Under the pieces are notes generated by a model. It had not been told where the DNA came from and did no database searches. It saw only the letters and a program-made list of their open reading frames with translations. From Acanthaster planci (taxonomy: Eukaryota), in the NCBI RefSeq assembly GCF_001949145.1, contig NW_019091356.1, positions 737,660 through 801,659 on the forward strand: 64,000 nucleotides of DNA. The letters are read 5' to 3'. Position numbers and translations under genes: made by a program. Positions 27,201 through 40,873 of the stretch are shown one piece after another. Each line of letters starts with the position of its first letter. Position 1 is the stretch's first letter.

Positions 27201-30200
27201 ACAAATTTGATAACAGTTGTGAATATTTTAAATAATTTTCATTTTGTTGTAGGTTTTGGATTGGAGACTTTTGCTCATAAAGCATTTGTTTAGTTGTGTT
27301 TGTCAGTTGTGGGAGGCTCAATAAATTTGTAGTTGTAATAAAATTATTATCTATCATAAAGATGGGACCAACTTGAAAAACTGGGAGGGGACAGGATTTG
27401 TAAAAGTAGTGAGGATGATTTTGATAGAGAGCTTCCAAGTGTACCCATGAGCTGTGTGTGCATGTGTTTCATGTACATACCGGTACATGTACATATACGA
27501 TCCAGCATAATTCTCTTTCAACATATTCCTGACCTTATTTGCAAGGACTGCTAGATTAGTCCCATTGCCAGGTTAAACCTGATTCTTCGAGCGCAACAAA
27601 GTTGCAATTATGATCAGACCTTTGGCAAAGTGGGGGGGGGGGGAAGGTGCCGTCCACTCAGAGATGCTATCATTGATCAACAGGCTGGCAAGCCTTGTTA
27701 ATGAGTCATGTAGGCCTCACTGACACGTTGTTCAACATTGGCTGAAGCAGTCTGCTTGAATGTGAAAGGGCCCAACACTAATTGGCCTAGAATTTGTGCA
27801 CGCATGCACTTCATGCACAATGTACACATACACATTTACATTTACCAGTACAGAAGCCTAGAATTTTCTTGTTTGAAAATATCTAATTTTTTAGAACAGC
27901 TAACTTCTAAAGAATATTCATTACAGTTGGAATTTCTTTCTTAATTTTTTAACAATAAAGTTAAAACTGAAGATTGTATTTTAATTGTGTTATATTGAGT
28001 TAACGTTATTTCAAATTCAGTCATGTCAGTCACCCAACTGAAATGTTGATCTTAAAAATTTTTTCTTTGGCATCATTATTTAAGATCAGGGAGAGATTTC
28101 ATTAGCTGAACTGCTTTTACGCTGCATCACACTCTTCTTAAGATTGATTTTTGATGCTTATCCTAAAACGAACAGTTTAAATATTTCATTCTCATTATTA
28201 ATTTAATGTATTTCCTGTCAATACCCCCAGTGCAGCAAAGAAATTGTTAGAGCTTACAATTTGTATCCCTTGACCCAATTTTGTACATTGTTTTAACACT
28301 TGGCAGGGTGAAATTAGGAAATTTCCTACACCTGTGCCACACTGTCTCGCATTAGTCGCTCCACTGCATACAAATCAGGCCTGAAGTGGATACACAGGTC
28401 TCAATTGGTGACTCACTCTGGGGCATTGTCTCATGATGATGCTGGGTACTGGCCACAACGAAATACTGATGAGCACTTGGACTTATCACCCTGGGCCAGG
28501 TTGTATGTGTGTACATGACCAGCCTCAGTATCGGCAGGTTTTCTCAGGACGTTCTTGTTTGCTTTTAGGGGAAAATTAGGGTATCAATTAACATGATCAT
28601 CTGGGTATTTGAGATTGCTGGTTTGAAAAGGACATTTCTATTGAAAATAGGGACAATTTCTGTAACTCTCTAGACATGGATGAAAAATTTTACATTTAAT
28701 ACAATAAATGAATTTTCTGCAAGCACAAACTAGCTAAGACTGTGTCGTTTCAATTCATTTGAAATGAATATGATTTTCAATTGATTTGCTTTAAAAAAGA
28801 TCCCAGTGATGAGACACCTCCCCAGCTCAACTTGAATCAGTTACTTGTATTTTACACGTACAACTTGTAGCAGTTGTCTAGCTTGTGCATGTACCCTTTT
28901 TGTATACGGGTCATTCCAGAAATTAGGGGTCTATTTTTTGTGTGTCCCTGTCACATCTGACATATGATTTTGTAAGTTCAGAACACCTTTTTCTAATTTC
29001 CAAGAGTGGTGAATTAATGCAAATTACCTGCCAAACAACTAGTAATAGTTTGAAATCAATTCTGGTGATATTTCCCGGCGTTTCAAAGAACAAAGGTCAG
29101 ATGTAACAAGGACACACAAATGTCACACTTTTGGATCCCTAATTTCTGGAATTACCCACATGTACCAGTATTACAGTACGTAATCATGAAAACTCTTGAT
29201 AAACCGTGCTTTGGACTCAGCAGAAGTTCCCCAGTGAGCGATGATACAGATGCTCTTGTTCAACTGTAAAATTTATCTCAATGATCAATAAAAGATTTAT
29301 TTTGAATCATTGTACCCCAGAGATACTTTTTATCTGATAGGAAAAGTAGGCCCCTGGGTTTTGACCAAGAGAAAGGAGACCATACATCATTATTGGATAA
29401 TCACTGAATGTCATTTCATCCTGTTCTACTTTAACAATCCTTTCCACAGCCTTGGGCAGTAAATCTTCAAGAGCGCTTGTCGGGAGTTTGCAAATGTGTG
29501 CCCTCTCACTTACATGTTCCATTTCATCCAAAGCTTTGGTCCCATGCAGAAAGTCGTTTTTTTTGTGTGTGTGCTTGATTTAATTACTCGACCTTCGTTC
29601 GAAATCCTTTTAAGGAATCCGGGGAAATGAGTTTAGCTTTCCATTGTACTGGTACTTTACATGTAGGAGGATAATACACTTGACCTTGAGGATCAAGGAA
29701 CTGTCACTTTTCATAGCTTCACCCAGGTAATGCATTGAAATGCAGCCATTGCATGTGAAATCATGTACAGATGTAGAAGTCATGACTTTTAGTAATCAAA
29801 CTTGCCCAAATGACATGATTTTTGTTTGTTTCGTGTTGCTATTAATTAATTAATTAATTAATTAATTAATTATGACAATAAGATAAAGTTAGAGAATTAA
29901 GGAATCAGAAGACAGACAATTAAAGTTAAGGACATGCCCCCCCCCCAAATTAAGACACACATACACGTACATACATGTACATTGCAACCATTGTACATTA
30001 CTAAGACTTGGATTATAAATTGGCTTTTGCAACAAGTTACTATTGCATTCATACAAACATTGTCACAACAGTGGAAGTATCCATTTTCACTGGTGAAAGT
30101 TCCATCCGTTTACCAAGGTCTGTAGCTAGAGCAACTCCCAGTGTACAGTACATGTAGAATTTGTGTCAACTGTGTTAGAATATCTGCATACATGCATTTG

Positions 30201-33200
30201 GCACATACTGTAATAACATGAAGTACCTACAGGTATGTGCCACAGACTTTCAAGGTTCAGACAATGAGGTTGCCAAGGTAAACACTCGGTATTCTTCAAA
30301 TAACCATTGCTTTGTCCACTTTGCAACTTCAACTTCATAATAAGCCCCATAATCAGTTTTAAACATTTAGAACCAAATGAAAGTTTCCCTAAATTTAAGC
30401 CTCATTTTAGACATTAGATGTTTCCTCAACAAAACAATGGGACTGCAGTGAGCTTAAGGATCACAACTCATTGGGGAAATTTCAGAGTAAAAAAAGCCAT
30501 TCACAGAGCCTTGTAATGAGGTAGGCCACAAACAAATTGACCGAAAATTACAAAAAAAGTAGGTGTTGCCATGTTACTATGAATTCTCTTTAGAACAAGG
30601 GATGTAAAGATATTCAGAGGACATCCGTAGAAGCACAAGTGCAGCATACAGAATTGTTTTGGTTTACTTCAGTAGCTGTTCATCTTCCTTGTCACGTCTG
30701 TAATGCTTGACAGAATTTGTCTTTGTTGAGTTAATGTGAAAAGGTTTATTTTCTAGTGAAAGAGCTTCCCTGAGAATGTACGTTATATGTAAGTGCCCTG
30801 AAGCGAAAACAATTCTGAAAGCCACAACGGACTTCAGCTCCAGCAACATCAACTCGGCGTGGTGCTGCGCGTTCTGTCATAGGCCTGTCCTCCATCACTC
30901 AAATTGACCAGGGAGCGCTGATTACACAGAGCCCAATGTCTGACAGATTCTAGTGCCCATTAACAAACCCGGCAGTAATCTGCCACAGCTGTCATCACTC
31001 ACTGGGAGCAGCAATCCGTGGCAGATTGCAAAAAGATTCCCGTTGACGTAAATTTGTTTTCTTCTTCATATTCTATCAGGTGTGTGTTCCCAAACTCAGG
31101 ATGGAACCATAAACTGCTCATAATATTTACATGCATGTTCCGCTGAATATTTACATTCTGCCTGCTTTCGCCTCCTGTTAAAACATGACATTATGAGGCT
31201 TTTTTTAACCATTTTGAAGGAAGACAATTCAAAAAGTTAAATTACTTTTTCTATTAAAGGATTTGTATGTCAATTATTGAAGATGATTTGTTGGATTGTA
31301 AGGAAATCAAAATTACTGATACATTCAAAGATGCTGTAGAAAAAGGAAGATGAAGACTTATTATTATCCTGAGACAGTTGTGTAGAAATAGACAGGCTGA
31401 CCAACAGACACATCACCAAACAAGAGGTAAAATGTAGGTGGATCATCAGTGACATGAAGGGGACAAGACATACGCAGATAAGAGGAGCATGGGGTCTTGG
31501 CCAGTAATCTTGTAAGTCACAAACCCACATGCTGATAGACAGCATCCTGTAATCCCTTCAGGGTCTGGAAAAAGTGCATGCCTCAGTGAGACAAAGATCA
31601 AAAGCAGAATTAATTGAGTCCATTGGCTGATAAATCCTGTACATATATACACGTTTTTCAAAGTTCTACATCGGAAAAAGAAAGACACAAAGAAAAAGAG
31701 ATGACAGAGAGAAGACGTCTGATCTGATTGCATAGACATTTGTAATTACCTCAGAATGGATGAAGACTGGCCTCAAAAAAGAAATTGAGTTGTCATGGAA
31801 ATGCACTATAGAGAGGCATACATGTGTTTTCTCCTTCCTTTCATTTCAGCTAATTTCCTTCTTTCAACTGGAATTGATTAAAAGTAAACATGTTCGACTT
31901 CCCCTTGGGTTTACCCCGTAATGATGTCTCTTTCTTCATTTGTCTCTGTATTTTTTGTTTTTTTTCCTCCTGTTTTCTCTTTCTAGATTCTTGGCATCAT
32001 CTTAATCTGCATCAGTGCTATAGCCATGCAAGCTACTCTTCTTCTGACTACGCCCGTTGTCGGGGGACTGGCGGCTATGGGAATCTTCCTCTTCATTGTG
32101 GCCCTACTGGGCATGATCGGTGTCGTCATGGCCAACCAAGCACTCATATTTCTTGTATCCCTTTTTGAACAAAGTACATCAAACCAAGAACCGAATTTAC
32201 CTGAATAGGAACTTAAGAAAGGTTTTGTTTAGCAAAAAAGGGCCCATGATCTCTGAGTGTTTTCCAGTCATTTCGTGGGTGTGTGTGTGTGGTGGGAAGC
32301 TAACAGTCTCTAGAAGACATCAAAATCCCAGGACACGTTAGCATAAAAAATGGCTCGGGAAGGAGCCCTGTAGCTTGGTAAGGTGCCCTGTCGAAAACAA
32401 ACCTTGCATTGGATATGTTGCCATGGTAACACATTAGTGATGGCTGAAGATCACTGACTGAGAGAAAAGTGGACTTAAACAAGCATTTCAAATCCTGCAT
32501 GTGAACACACCAATGCCAGTATGTATGTTCAAATGGACTTGGTTTTTATACCCAAATGATACAGTTTAGGGATTTGTGGCACACACCAGATTTTGCCTGC
32601 AATATATATATCTTTGTCCCACATCTATTGAATTAATACATAACCAAAGTTCTCTTTTATGTCAGGTGTAATTTGGTATGAAGTCTCCAGTCTTCCATTG
32701 CAAGAGAAAAAACACCATAATGCATTTAAATATTTTGAGCAAAGCAGTCATTCCTGCCCTTTCCCACTATCCACCCCGAGCTGAAGTGCACCCCCAGTCC
32801 TGCGTAGAATAAACGTATGTTCAGATAGACTCAATTTGGTTTTTATACCCAAATGATACAGTTTAAAGGGATTTGTGGCACATACCAGATTTTGCTTGCA
32901 AGATACATGTATCTTTGTCCCACGTACATGTACCTGTGATGGACAATGTTAAATTTCCAAAACCTCGAAACCACTTGCTACATGTACATGTTTATATTAC
33001 TGTTTTGGCCTCGGGTACAGCTGTTTTTGCTTCAGGAAATATTGATGCCGTGGTCTCACCTCTTACATGCCTTTGTAACATAAAAAATGGATTTGAAGAT
33101 AATTGACATTCCTCATGAAGTGATTCAGCTACGTTTGGGGACATATTTTCGAGCATTTGATGTCATTTATTGATCAGACACTTCATTTTCTTCCTGGCTT

Positions 33201-36200
33201 GACAATCCCACACATAGAACTATCGATTCGTTGTTTTTCTGTTCAGCGAAGCGATTTGAATATTCTGACAGGGAGCTCATTTTCCAAGCTCTGCTGCTCC
33301 TTGGCAAAGCCTTGTCAACAATTCTTTTGTTCTGACTTGTGCCTGTTCAGTATGCCATCACAGTTGCACAGATAACAGCAATGTGTTGAAGTGGATTCAT
33401 TACACTTGTGTCCATATACATCATTTCTTTGATTTCCAGATATCCCTGGTAAAGTACATTTTCGGCCAATGTTAATTAAGAAAATCCAAAAATTACAATT
33501 ATATGTACAATGGTACTTTTATCACTGTATTCCACTAAAAAGTGATTACATTTTAAAAAGAGTGGTCTCACTTTGCAATTTATCACTTATTAAATAATTC
33601 TCACTGCTACATAAAAACTAAACAGTTACCGGAAAAATAAATGATTTCCAAATCTTCAAAATGGTAGTTGAATGTATAACTATTGTAAACTTCATTAAAA
33701 CGTTCACATTTTCAGTATTGTTATTCTAAACTCGGAGATGAAGAATGTACATTATTTGAGAATCGAGCCTTTGGCTTGCTGCTGTGCCTATACCCGCTTA
33801 CTTGAACATGGTTGTACTTTCAAGAAGCCTGAAGTGGAAATGCCGACAGGATGAGATGCATTTCCATGTGATTCAAACCCAAACCTTGTTGATAGAGATT
33901 GAGACAGCCTAAGGCACTGGATGCTGCGAGCATGGTGTTTGTGTCCTAATGCCCCAAAGCTTCTCTCAGACAAATGAATTTTCTTAAAGCAACTTCTCTT
34001 GATCAAACGGAAATTGCCTTATCCCTCAAAAAGGTAGAAGGCAGTGATTTTTTTGTTGTTGTTATTTTATTTCATTTTAGTGGTAATTGATATATTTTTT
34101 TTAAATATGGTAGGCAGATATACACTAATACATCGAAGGAAAACAGAAGGCAAAAAGAAACATGAAGGTGTGAGCTCCATGGTATTTGCTGAGTGTGGTT
34201 ACATCAAATGAGAAGAATTGCATTGAATTAATGCATAGCCAACATTCTTTTTTATGTTAGGCATATATGTAATTATGTATGGGGTCCCCAGTCTTCCAGT
34301 GCAAGAGAAAAAAAACCAATATTGCCAAACATTTGACTTTCCTTAGCCCTTCCTCCAGTATCTAGTCTTCATGTCTTTCATAGGCTTCATCCAGTTCTGC
34401 GTAGCCATAGCCTGTCTGTCAGCCTTTAATAAAGCCCGCAGGACTGAGGTCTTACTGAGTGGCTGGGAGGAGGCTAGTAATGATACCCGGCAACAGGTGC
34501 AGAGCACCTTTGGATGCTGTGGCTTAGATTCAAAGCATGTGATTTACAGCAGGTGTGAAGAGCTGAAGGTGCGATGAAATGGTTTTTGTTAATAATAATA
34601 ATCGGAAATTTGCAATTTGCTGTTGCCATAAATACGATCAACAATGCAGTACAGGTACAACTTAAGAAAATGCATTGATATTTAAGTAATGAATGCATGA
34701 ATGTCGCCACGCTACTGCGGTTGGGGGGGGGGAATGTCTAGAATCATTTTGATATGATTAAATACACACCGACTGTCACAGACTCGGGGGCATGTAAGTG
34801 GTTGCAAGCTACAACCTAGCTGGCCAAAAGTTTGCAAACTTGAACCTACGTTACCACAGCCAAAATACTAATCATGCACATTTTGTAGCCTGGAAAATGG
34901 TCAGGTTTATTCTATAAATTTTGGCTCCCAGAGGTGTGAAATTTTTGTGTTCCTGTTACAGTTGACCTGCGTAATTTGATTTGGAAGTATCATTGAATTT
35001 ACTTCAGAATATTGCTTTTTGTTGCACTGCTAATTTGCATCACTGAATCACTCTCAAAAATTGAAGAATGTGTTGTAAACTTCCACAATTATATGTCAGA
35101 TGTGACAATGATCCATAACAATTCATCTTCACCAATGTTGTATGTCTGGTTTGAATTCTATCTCCATTTTACTGAACTTTGTCTTCTTTTATCTTCTCTA
35201 TTCTTCCCAGCTACCTTGCTGTATACTAACCACCCACAACTGTACCGGTTGCCCCCTTTGCATGTCTATTCTTGACAACCGATTGCAGCACGCCTTCCAA
35301 TTTACCGGAGGGATGGGGCTATTGTTTACATTTTTACAGGTACGGTTCATTGTTGGATATCTCTAACTGAACTTTCAGAATCTCCTGTGTGATATTGTAA
35401 TGATTGAAGACTCTCTATCTGCCCCTGTTCTTACGTCTTCCCTTGAAAACAAGATTGATCTATCAACTGCAGTTATGGCTTTTTTTTCACGTATTCCTCA
35501 GGTTATGGTTATTAATTACACATTTTCAGACAGAAATGTGCTTAGATTTTCATATGTTTGTTATTTTTGTCATTACATTTGGAGTTTGTTCATATATTGT
35601 GAAGGCTCATACTTAAAAAGATGCACAAACCTTTTTCTTTTCTCAGCAAAGTAGGAAATGAACCCCGCAATATTAAAATTGTAAAAAAATGCTATTTGAA
35701 AAAGTCATTTTCACGAGTAGAACGTACCTTTTTTTTCCAGAATTCAGTCAAGGAAACATTGGCACAAAGACAGAATGGTAAATCTGTCCCAGTTTGAACT
35801 TGTGTTTTCTTAAAAAAAAGGATCAAAACGTTTGCTTATCAAAATTAACACAATGCGTTATTTTGAAATTTCCAAGATTATCCCTGAATTATAGGGGAAA
35901 CTGGTTAATTTTTACTGTTACCCTAAAAATGCACCTGTACCCTCTACAGCCTCCATTAATTTGATGCCCCTTTCTTGACCCCCCTTGTTTGCTTCAGTTC
36001 ATTAGACTGTAGCAGGAAATGATTGATACCTTGAAGTGCCCACCCATAACATTTTTGCAGGCTGTTTTTTAACCCAATCACTCTGGCTGGTTCTATTCCC
36101 AATCCTCCGAGATACGCTGTAATCAGACTCCCTTTTCCGAGTAAGCCATGCTGATCAAAGTCTCTGTTTATCGGGCTTTGATTGCCCACAAGAAAATTGA

Positions 36201-38012
36201 TACCGAGAGTAATTTGTTTTGTTAGCATCATACAAAATGGGAAATTTGTACTTGACCTTTGGAATTCCAAAATAGGAGTCTCATTTTTTCCACAGTCCCT
36301 TTCTTTTATTCTATACTTTTAAAATCTGTCATAGATCCTTAAACTTTAATGATTTTTCTGATCATAAACTGCAGCAGCTTCAAATCAAATGTGATCCTTT
36401 AATTATTGAATAATTCCCTAAATTTGGTCAAGTTTGACACATTTTTGCTCCACATACTTAAAATCTAAGTCAAAATTATCTATATACGAGCAAATACCAA
36501 GCGTAATTAAAAAGACAGAAATGCACTTTTGAAATAAACAAAAAAAAATCAGTGTTGACTTGTTGATCTTGTTAAATCAACATGATAAAACTTCCCTTGA
36601 AATGTGTATTGATTGGACTGTGTTAAGAGTGAAATTGCTGTGTATTGGGTGCACACCCGGAAACCTGTCAGATTTTCGATGATTACAGATGAGAAAGAAA
36701 ATCTGGGTTGTTTCCTGAGACCCAGGCAATCTAAGGTATTATTGTGTGTCTGCCAGGCATGTTGTTGCCAATCTAAATTATTTCCCAGCTGAAGCTAGGG
36801 CCTGGCTCAAATTTATTATTGCCAGCAGCTTTTATTTTGCCACAAGGAGGATTACTCACCTTGAATAGATAAGAAATGAAATTTGAGGGCGACCCGCTGG
36901 GGTTTCAAAAGTGTAATTGAGTTGAATCCGTCAAACCCCCTCTACAAACTGAGCTTGGAATTGGTTGTTTGTTTCTTGTTTACCTCACTGGGGGAATTTG
37001 GATGGATGGAAGGCGATGGATATTTCTTTGAGCTGGAAGATTTCTTAATATGAACATGAATTTTTAAAACCTCAATCAGGTTTTTCCCCACTTGGTTTCT
37101 CTCTGCAGTTTGCTAGTCACAGATTGTTGCAGTCAAAATACAAACATGAAGTATTTAAAGAATGTTTGGAATTCTGACAAGGCAGCAGAGTTGAACAATT
37201 TGTGGACCATGTGATTATGCAGTGACTACAAAAAAGAGGTTAATTGATCCATTGAGCTCAAGTTAATAAACAATTTCAATCTGTGAAAGGTTACCTAAAA
37301 TAAGAAGCATGAATCTCATACATGTAGAGGAAATTGAACTTAACCAGAGTGAGTATAAATTGTAAAATGTTTAAAATAAAGTTTGTCATGTTTATATTTT
37401 ACGTAATTTCAGTTTGTTTTGATGGGGAGGATTTCAGCTGGAATAAGTCAGTGAAGACCCTTTTTTGAGTATGTTTCACTTATCCCTTAAAAAAACCTAA
37501 GGTGTATTCTTTAGTCTTTTTTATCCTTGAAGGGAAGACATGAAGACAGGTGTATAGAGCGGTACTAGTCAGGGGAAATTCCTAGACAGATTTTAATGAA
37601 TGCAATTCCAGTGTTTTTTAGTTGTCTTGAAATTTTGTACTTCTTTTACAACCTCTTTTGATGCACTTGATTTTGAGCTGGTACATGTACATATGAAGAA
37701 TAGTTTGATGAAATTGCTCAATTGGCAAAAAACCTGTCACAAACTTGTGTTGCCAGGAAACAGAAAACTATCGAGCAAAAGAGCTTGAGTTGAATAACTA
37801 AAACTCCTTTGGCAATGTTTGTCTTCTGTGTCACCGTGACTCTGCATTAGAGACGCCAGATTTGATACTTTCTGTCTCTTGGGAGAACCTACATGTAGTT
37901 TCATCTGTTGTTTTTTTTTCCCCTGTCCTGTTCACAGCTTGGAGGCATCTTGCTAGCATGGTGGTATCGTCGACAGCCAGTTCTCGGATTTGGACACGAT
38001 ATATTAAATTGA
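24247..38012 (+). CDS. Tetraspanin-13/31-like, divergent paralog A, 5 exons, 213 aa
   Basis: Phase-0 exons 24247-24306 (MAEPSERVYRAFIAVNCVYL), 31987-32154, 34359-34568 (TFGCCG), 35211-35339 (LPCC...GGMGLLFTFLQ), 37938-38012 (LGGILLAWWYRRQPVLGFGHDILN*). Sizes 60/168/210/129/75 mirror paralog B (60/168/201/126/75). Four hydrophobic segments, CCG motif, 8 Cys in the large loop. Confidence 0.85.
28907..29158. mobile_element. MITE (Tc1/mariner-like), copy 2
   Basis: TA|CGGGTCATTCCAGAAATTAGGG ... CCCTAATTTCTGGAATTACCC TIRs; homologous to 5422-5618. Confidence 0.82.
29841..29872. repeat. (ATTA)n microsatellite
   Basis: Directly visible. Confidence 0.9.
32155..34358 (+). other. U12-type (minor spliceosome) GT-AG intron 2 of tetraspanin A
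   Basis: 5' splice site GTATCCCTTT; branch-site match TTTCCTTAGC at 34338-34347, 11 nt before the end of the CAG acceptor. Confidence 0.8.
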
Positions 38013-40873
38013 ATGACCCTTCTTCTCTTCAGCTGAGAAGGCCAAGGGAATATGAATATCGCTGGCAACATGCCCTGCCAGGAGGTTTTGAAAAGATGGA
38101 AGAGGCGATGTGTGGTTTGGAAAGCAGTTCTCAGCTTCATGAAGCCAGAATGAAGGATGTGATGAAGGAATTGGTGGATGTGCATTTTACAAGGGAATAA
38201 TTTACTACCAATAATTAGTTTGGTTGGTGAAATTTTACCAGTCATACCTTTTGGACAAAAGGTTTGGCATTTCGTTTGTTTCTGTGATCGAACTTTGCGC
38301 TCTGAGGAACTTCCAATATATACTGTCCAGTGTTTTCTGAGAGCCTTCACAAAAACAGATCCCTCTCTGTTGAGATTGATGCATCATTTATGTAATGTAA
38401 ATAACACTATAATCAACAGGTCAAAATCGATCTATGAATGGTCCTTACATGATCATAACCTGCAATGTAATCACCATCAACTGTGGAAAATAAATATCGG
38501 CTGTGGAAAAAACATTAGGGACAGTTGTAAAGTTGGAGCTTATCTAAGGCCAGTTGAACAAAACTGTTAAAATCTGTTTCAGTGTAGGTGCATGTAGTTT
38601 AATGTAAGCATAGTGGACTATCATTTCCTGTGCCAAGTTTACTTGCAGATTTGTTCAGATCTTATTTGATTTGTGTTGTGCCCAGCTTTGCAATGTTTAA
38701 AGTGTTGAACAGGGTAGGGAAACCTGTCTTTATGCAGTTTTGTTGAATTTTATATATTTGATTGTATTATATTGGTCGTATAAATTGTTTTATTTTTCAG
38801 AAATACTTTATTTATAGTGTTTTTGTATCCCCTTTGTGCAATGTAAAGAAGTTCACATCCAAGTATAAAGAATTCAAAGCTATTTTTAGTTTGTTTTTAC
38901 AGTGTTTTCATCCCAGGATTTTCCCGGGGAAAAATTAACACTCTGAGCGCTAAATTGCACGGTTAGTTTCTGCCTGTTGGAGTTGAAAAGGGCATACAGC
39001 TCTGCATTGTGGGAGAACTAAACATTTTTCAGGTTGTCAGCTGCAAGAGGGCGCTAGACAAGATTAGCAGTGTAACCTAGGTAGCTTCATCATTATATGT
39101 ATGTATATATTATATACTGAGAGATCATAGAGATGCACTGCGAAGAGTCGATCAACCAATCATATATCTGGCTCTTTAACAGAGCTGGGAGCTGTGCCTG
39201 ATGTTTAAACTACCCGTTGCTCGGTAAATTCTCTCTGCCTGAGATAAAAGCTGCCAACTTTCAAGGTTTTTATCCAAGACTTCTCAGAGCATGCCACATC
39301 CTTGGTTCTAGCAAATTCTGTTACATGTTGGCTTGCTATCTCTCTTGCTTTCAATTTGGCCTAGAACACCATTAAACCAAATGTTGACGTGGCAAGAGAT
39401 CTTCTGTGGAAGGCTTGACTTGTTATCAGGTCAGATTTAAGAAAGTCATCAGTAATAGCAACAATTAATATTGCAAAAATATGTAAAGTTGTGTTCACGG
39501 TTGTTAGAGTGTAGTTATCCCCAGCATGTTTTAAATTGCATTGTTACTGCCAAAGATAATTTGAAAGGAACATTTGCATCTTCTTTAGAATTTGTATATA
39601 CCACTCATTTCAATGCAGATTTTTATGAAAGTGTTTATATTAACATAAGGATAGGCAAAGGCATAATTGTTTTAACTTGGAGTTTTTTGTAATATTTAAT
39701 TGCCAAATGCGCTTAAATGCAGTTGATTGGAGTTCAGAGTGGCGAATTCTTCAAAGAAAACTTGCCAGTATACAGTTTCAATCCAGATAGACATGCAGCC
39801 ATGTTTGTACCAAAAATACTAGATCTTGTATATATTCAAGAATTTCTTAATGACAGACCCAGAAATAAAATATGAGGCAAAGAAAGTGATTTCCTGCTTA
39901 ACATTGATGTTAGTTTTATAAACCTAGTACATTGACAACTCTGTACAAAGAAGAAAAAAGATTTAAGATACATGTACTGCCAAAATTGAACAGTTGATCC
40001 CTTGAAAAAGAAAGAAATTTACATGAAACTCTTTTGTTATCTCATTTTAGACAACAAAAAAGGTGTTAGAAATGTTAATGTTTCCTGATTATAATCTATG
40101 TCACTGTTGAATAATGTTTTGTTGGTTTTAGTACTTTTCATGTTAGTATGTTTCTGTCAGTAGACATAGTTACAGACACTATTGTGTGCAATTGTCATTT
40201 GTTTACAACTCTATGTAAAATAAAGTTTCATTTGTGCATCAGGGCTTTCAATAAAAGAATGTTGAAGTTGAAAACTCATTTTGTGTTCAGAGTATCATAT
40301 GTGAATCCAAGGTTTCAAACAAGTCGGTATTTTGAAATTTCTGTTTTTAACAGATCTTTCAAATAGTTTGCTTTACTGTTGTTTTGCCAGGAGAGGCTTA
40401 CGGTTGGGCATTTGTCAGTGAGACTGAAAATATTGTTGGCAAGTAATTTCCTTGAATAGCATTCTGAAACTAACGATTGCCAATTTTCAGCCGGTTAGAG
40501 GCCAGAACAATTATTTATCAAGTACAAAGCATCAGAATTTGAAGCTATTTTGTGAGAAATTCATCCCAGTTTTTGTGAAGACCTATGATACAAATGCCGA
40601 CAGCAAAGGATAGTATGAAATTTTAACATTAAAGATCGTGGATGTAATTTAGTATTAGAAAACATTGTTTACAATGCCGCACGAATGGGGAACCGTGAAG
40701 TGAGCCACCTTGCGGCCAGGTCTGGTCATTGAATTTCATCAACGTGGAGATGATCATGATGGTGGACGGTCACTGATGAGGGAAAGATCTCTAGTCTAGA
40801 CCTATTTCCTCGGCGAAGAATCGCAGGAAAACTTTCATTTGCAGCAGTTGGGCAACTTCAAAGAGTGGTCAAG

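Noticed and set aside
36051..36072. Acceptor TTTTTGCAG as last exon of tetraspanin A
   Set aside because: The phase-0 frame stops after three codons; 37938-38012 matches the family far better.
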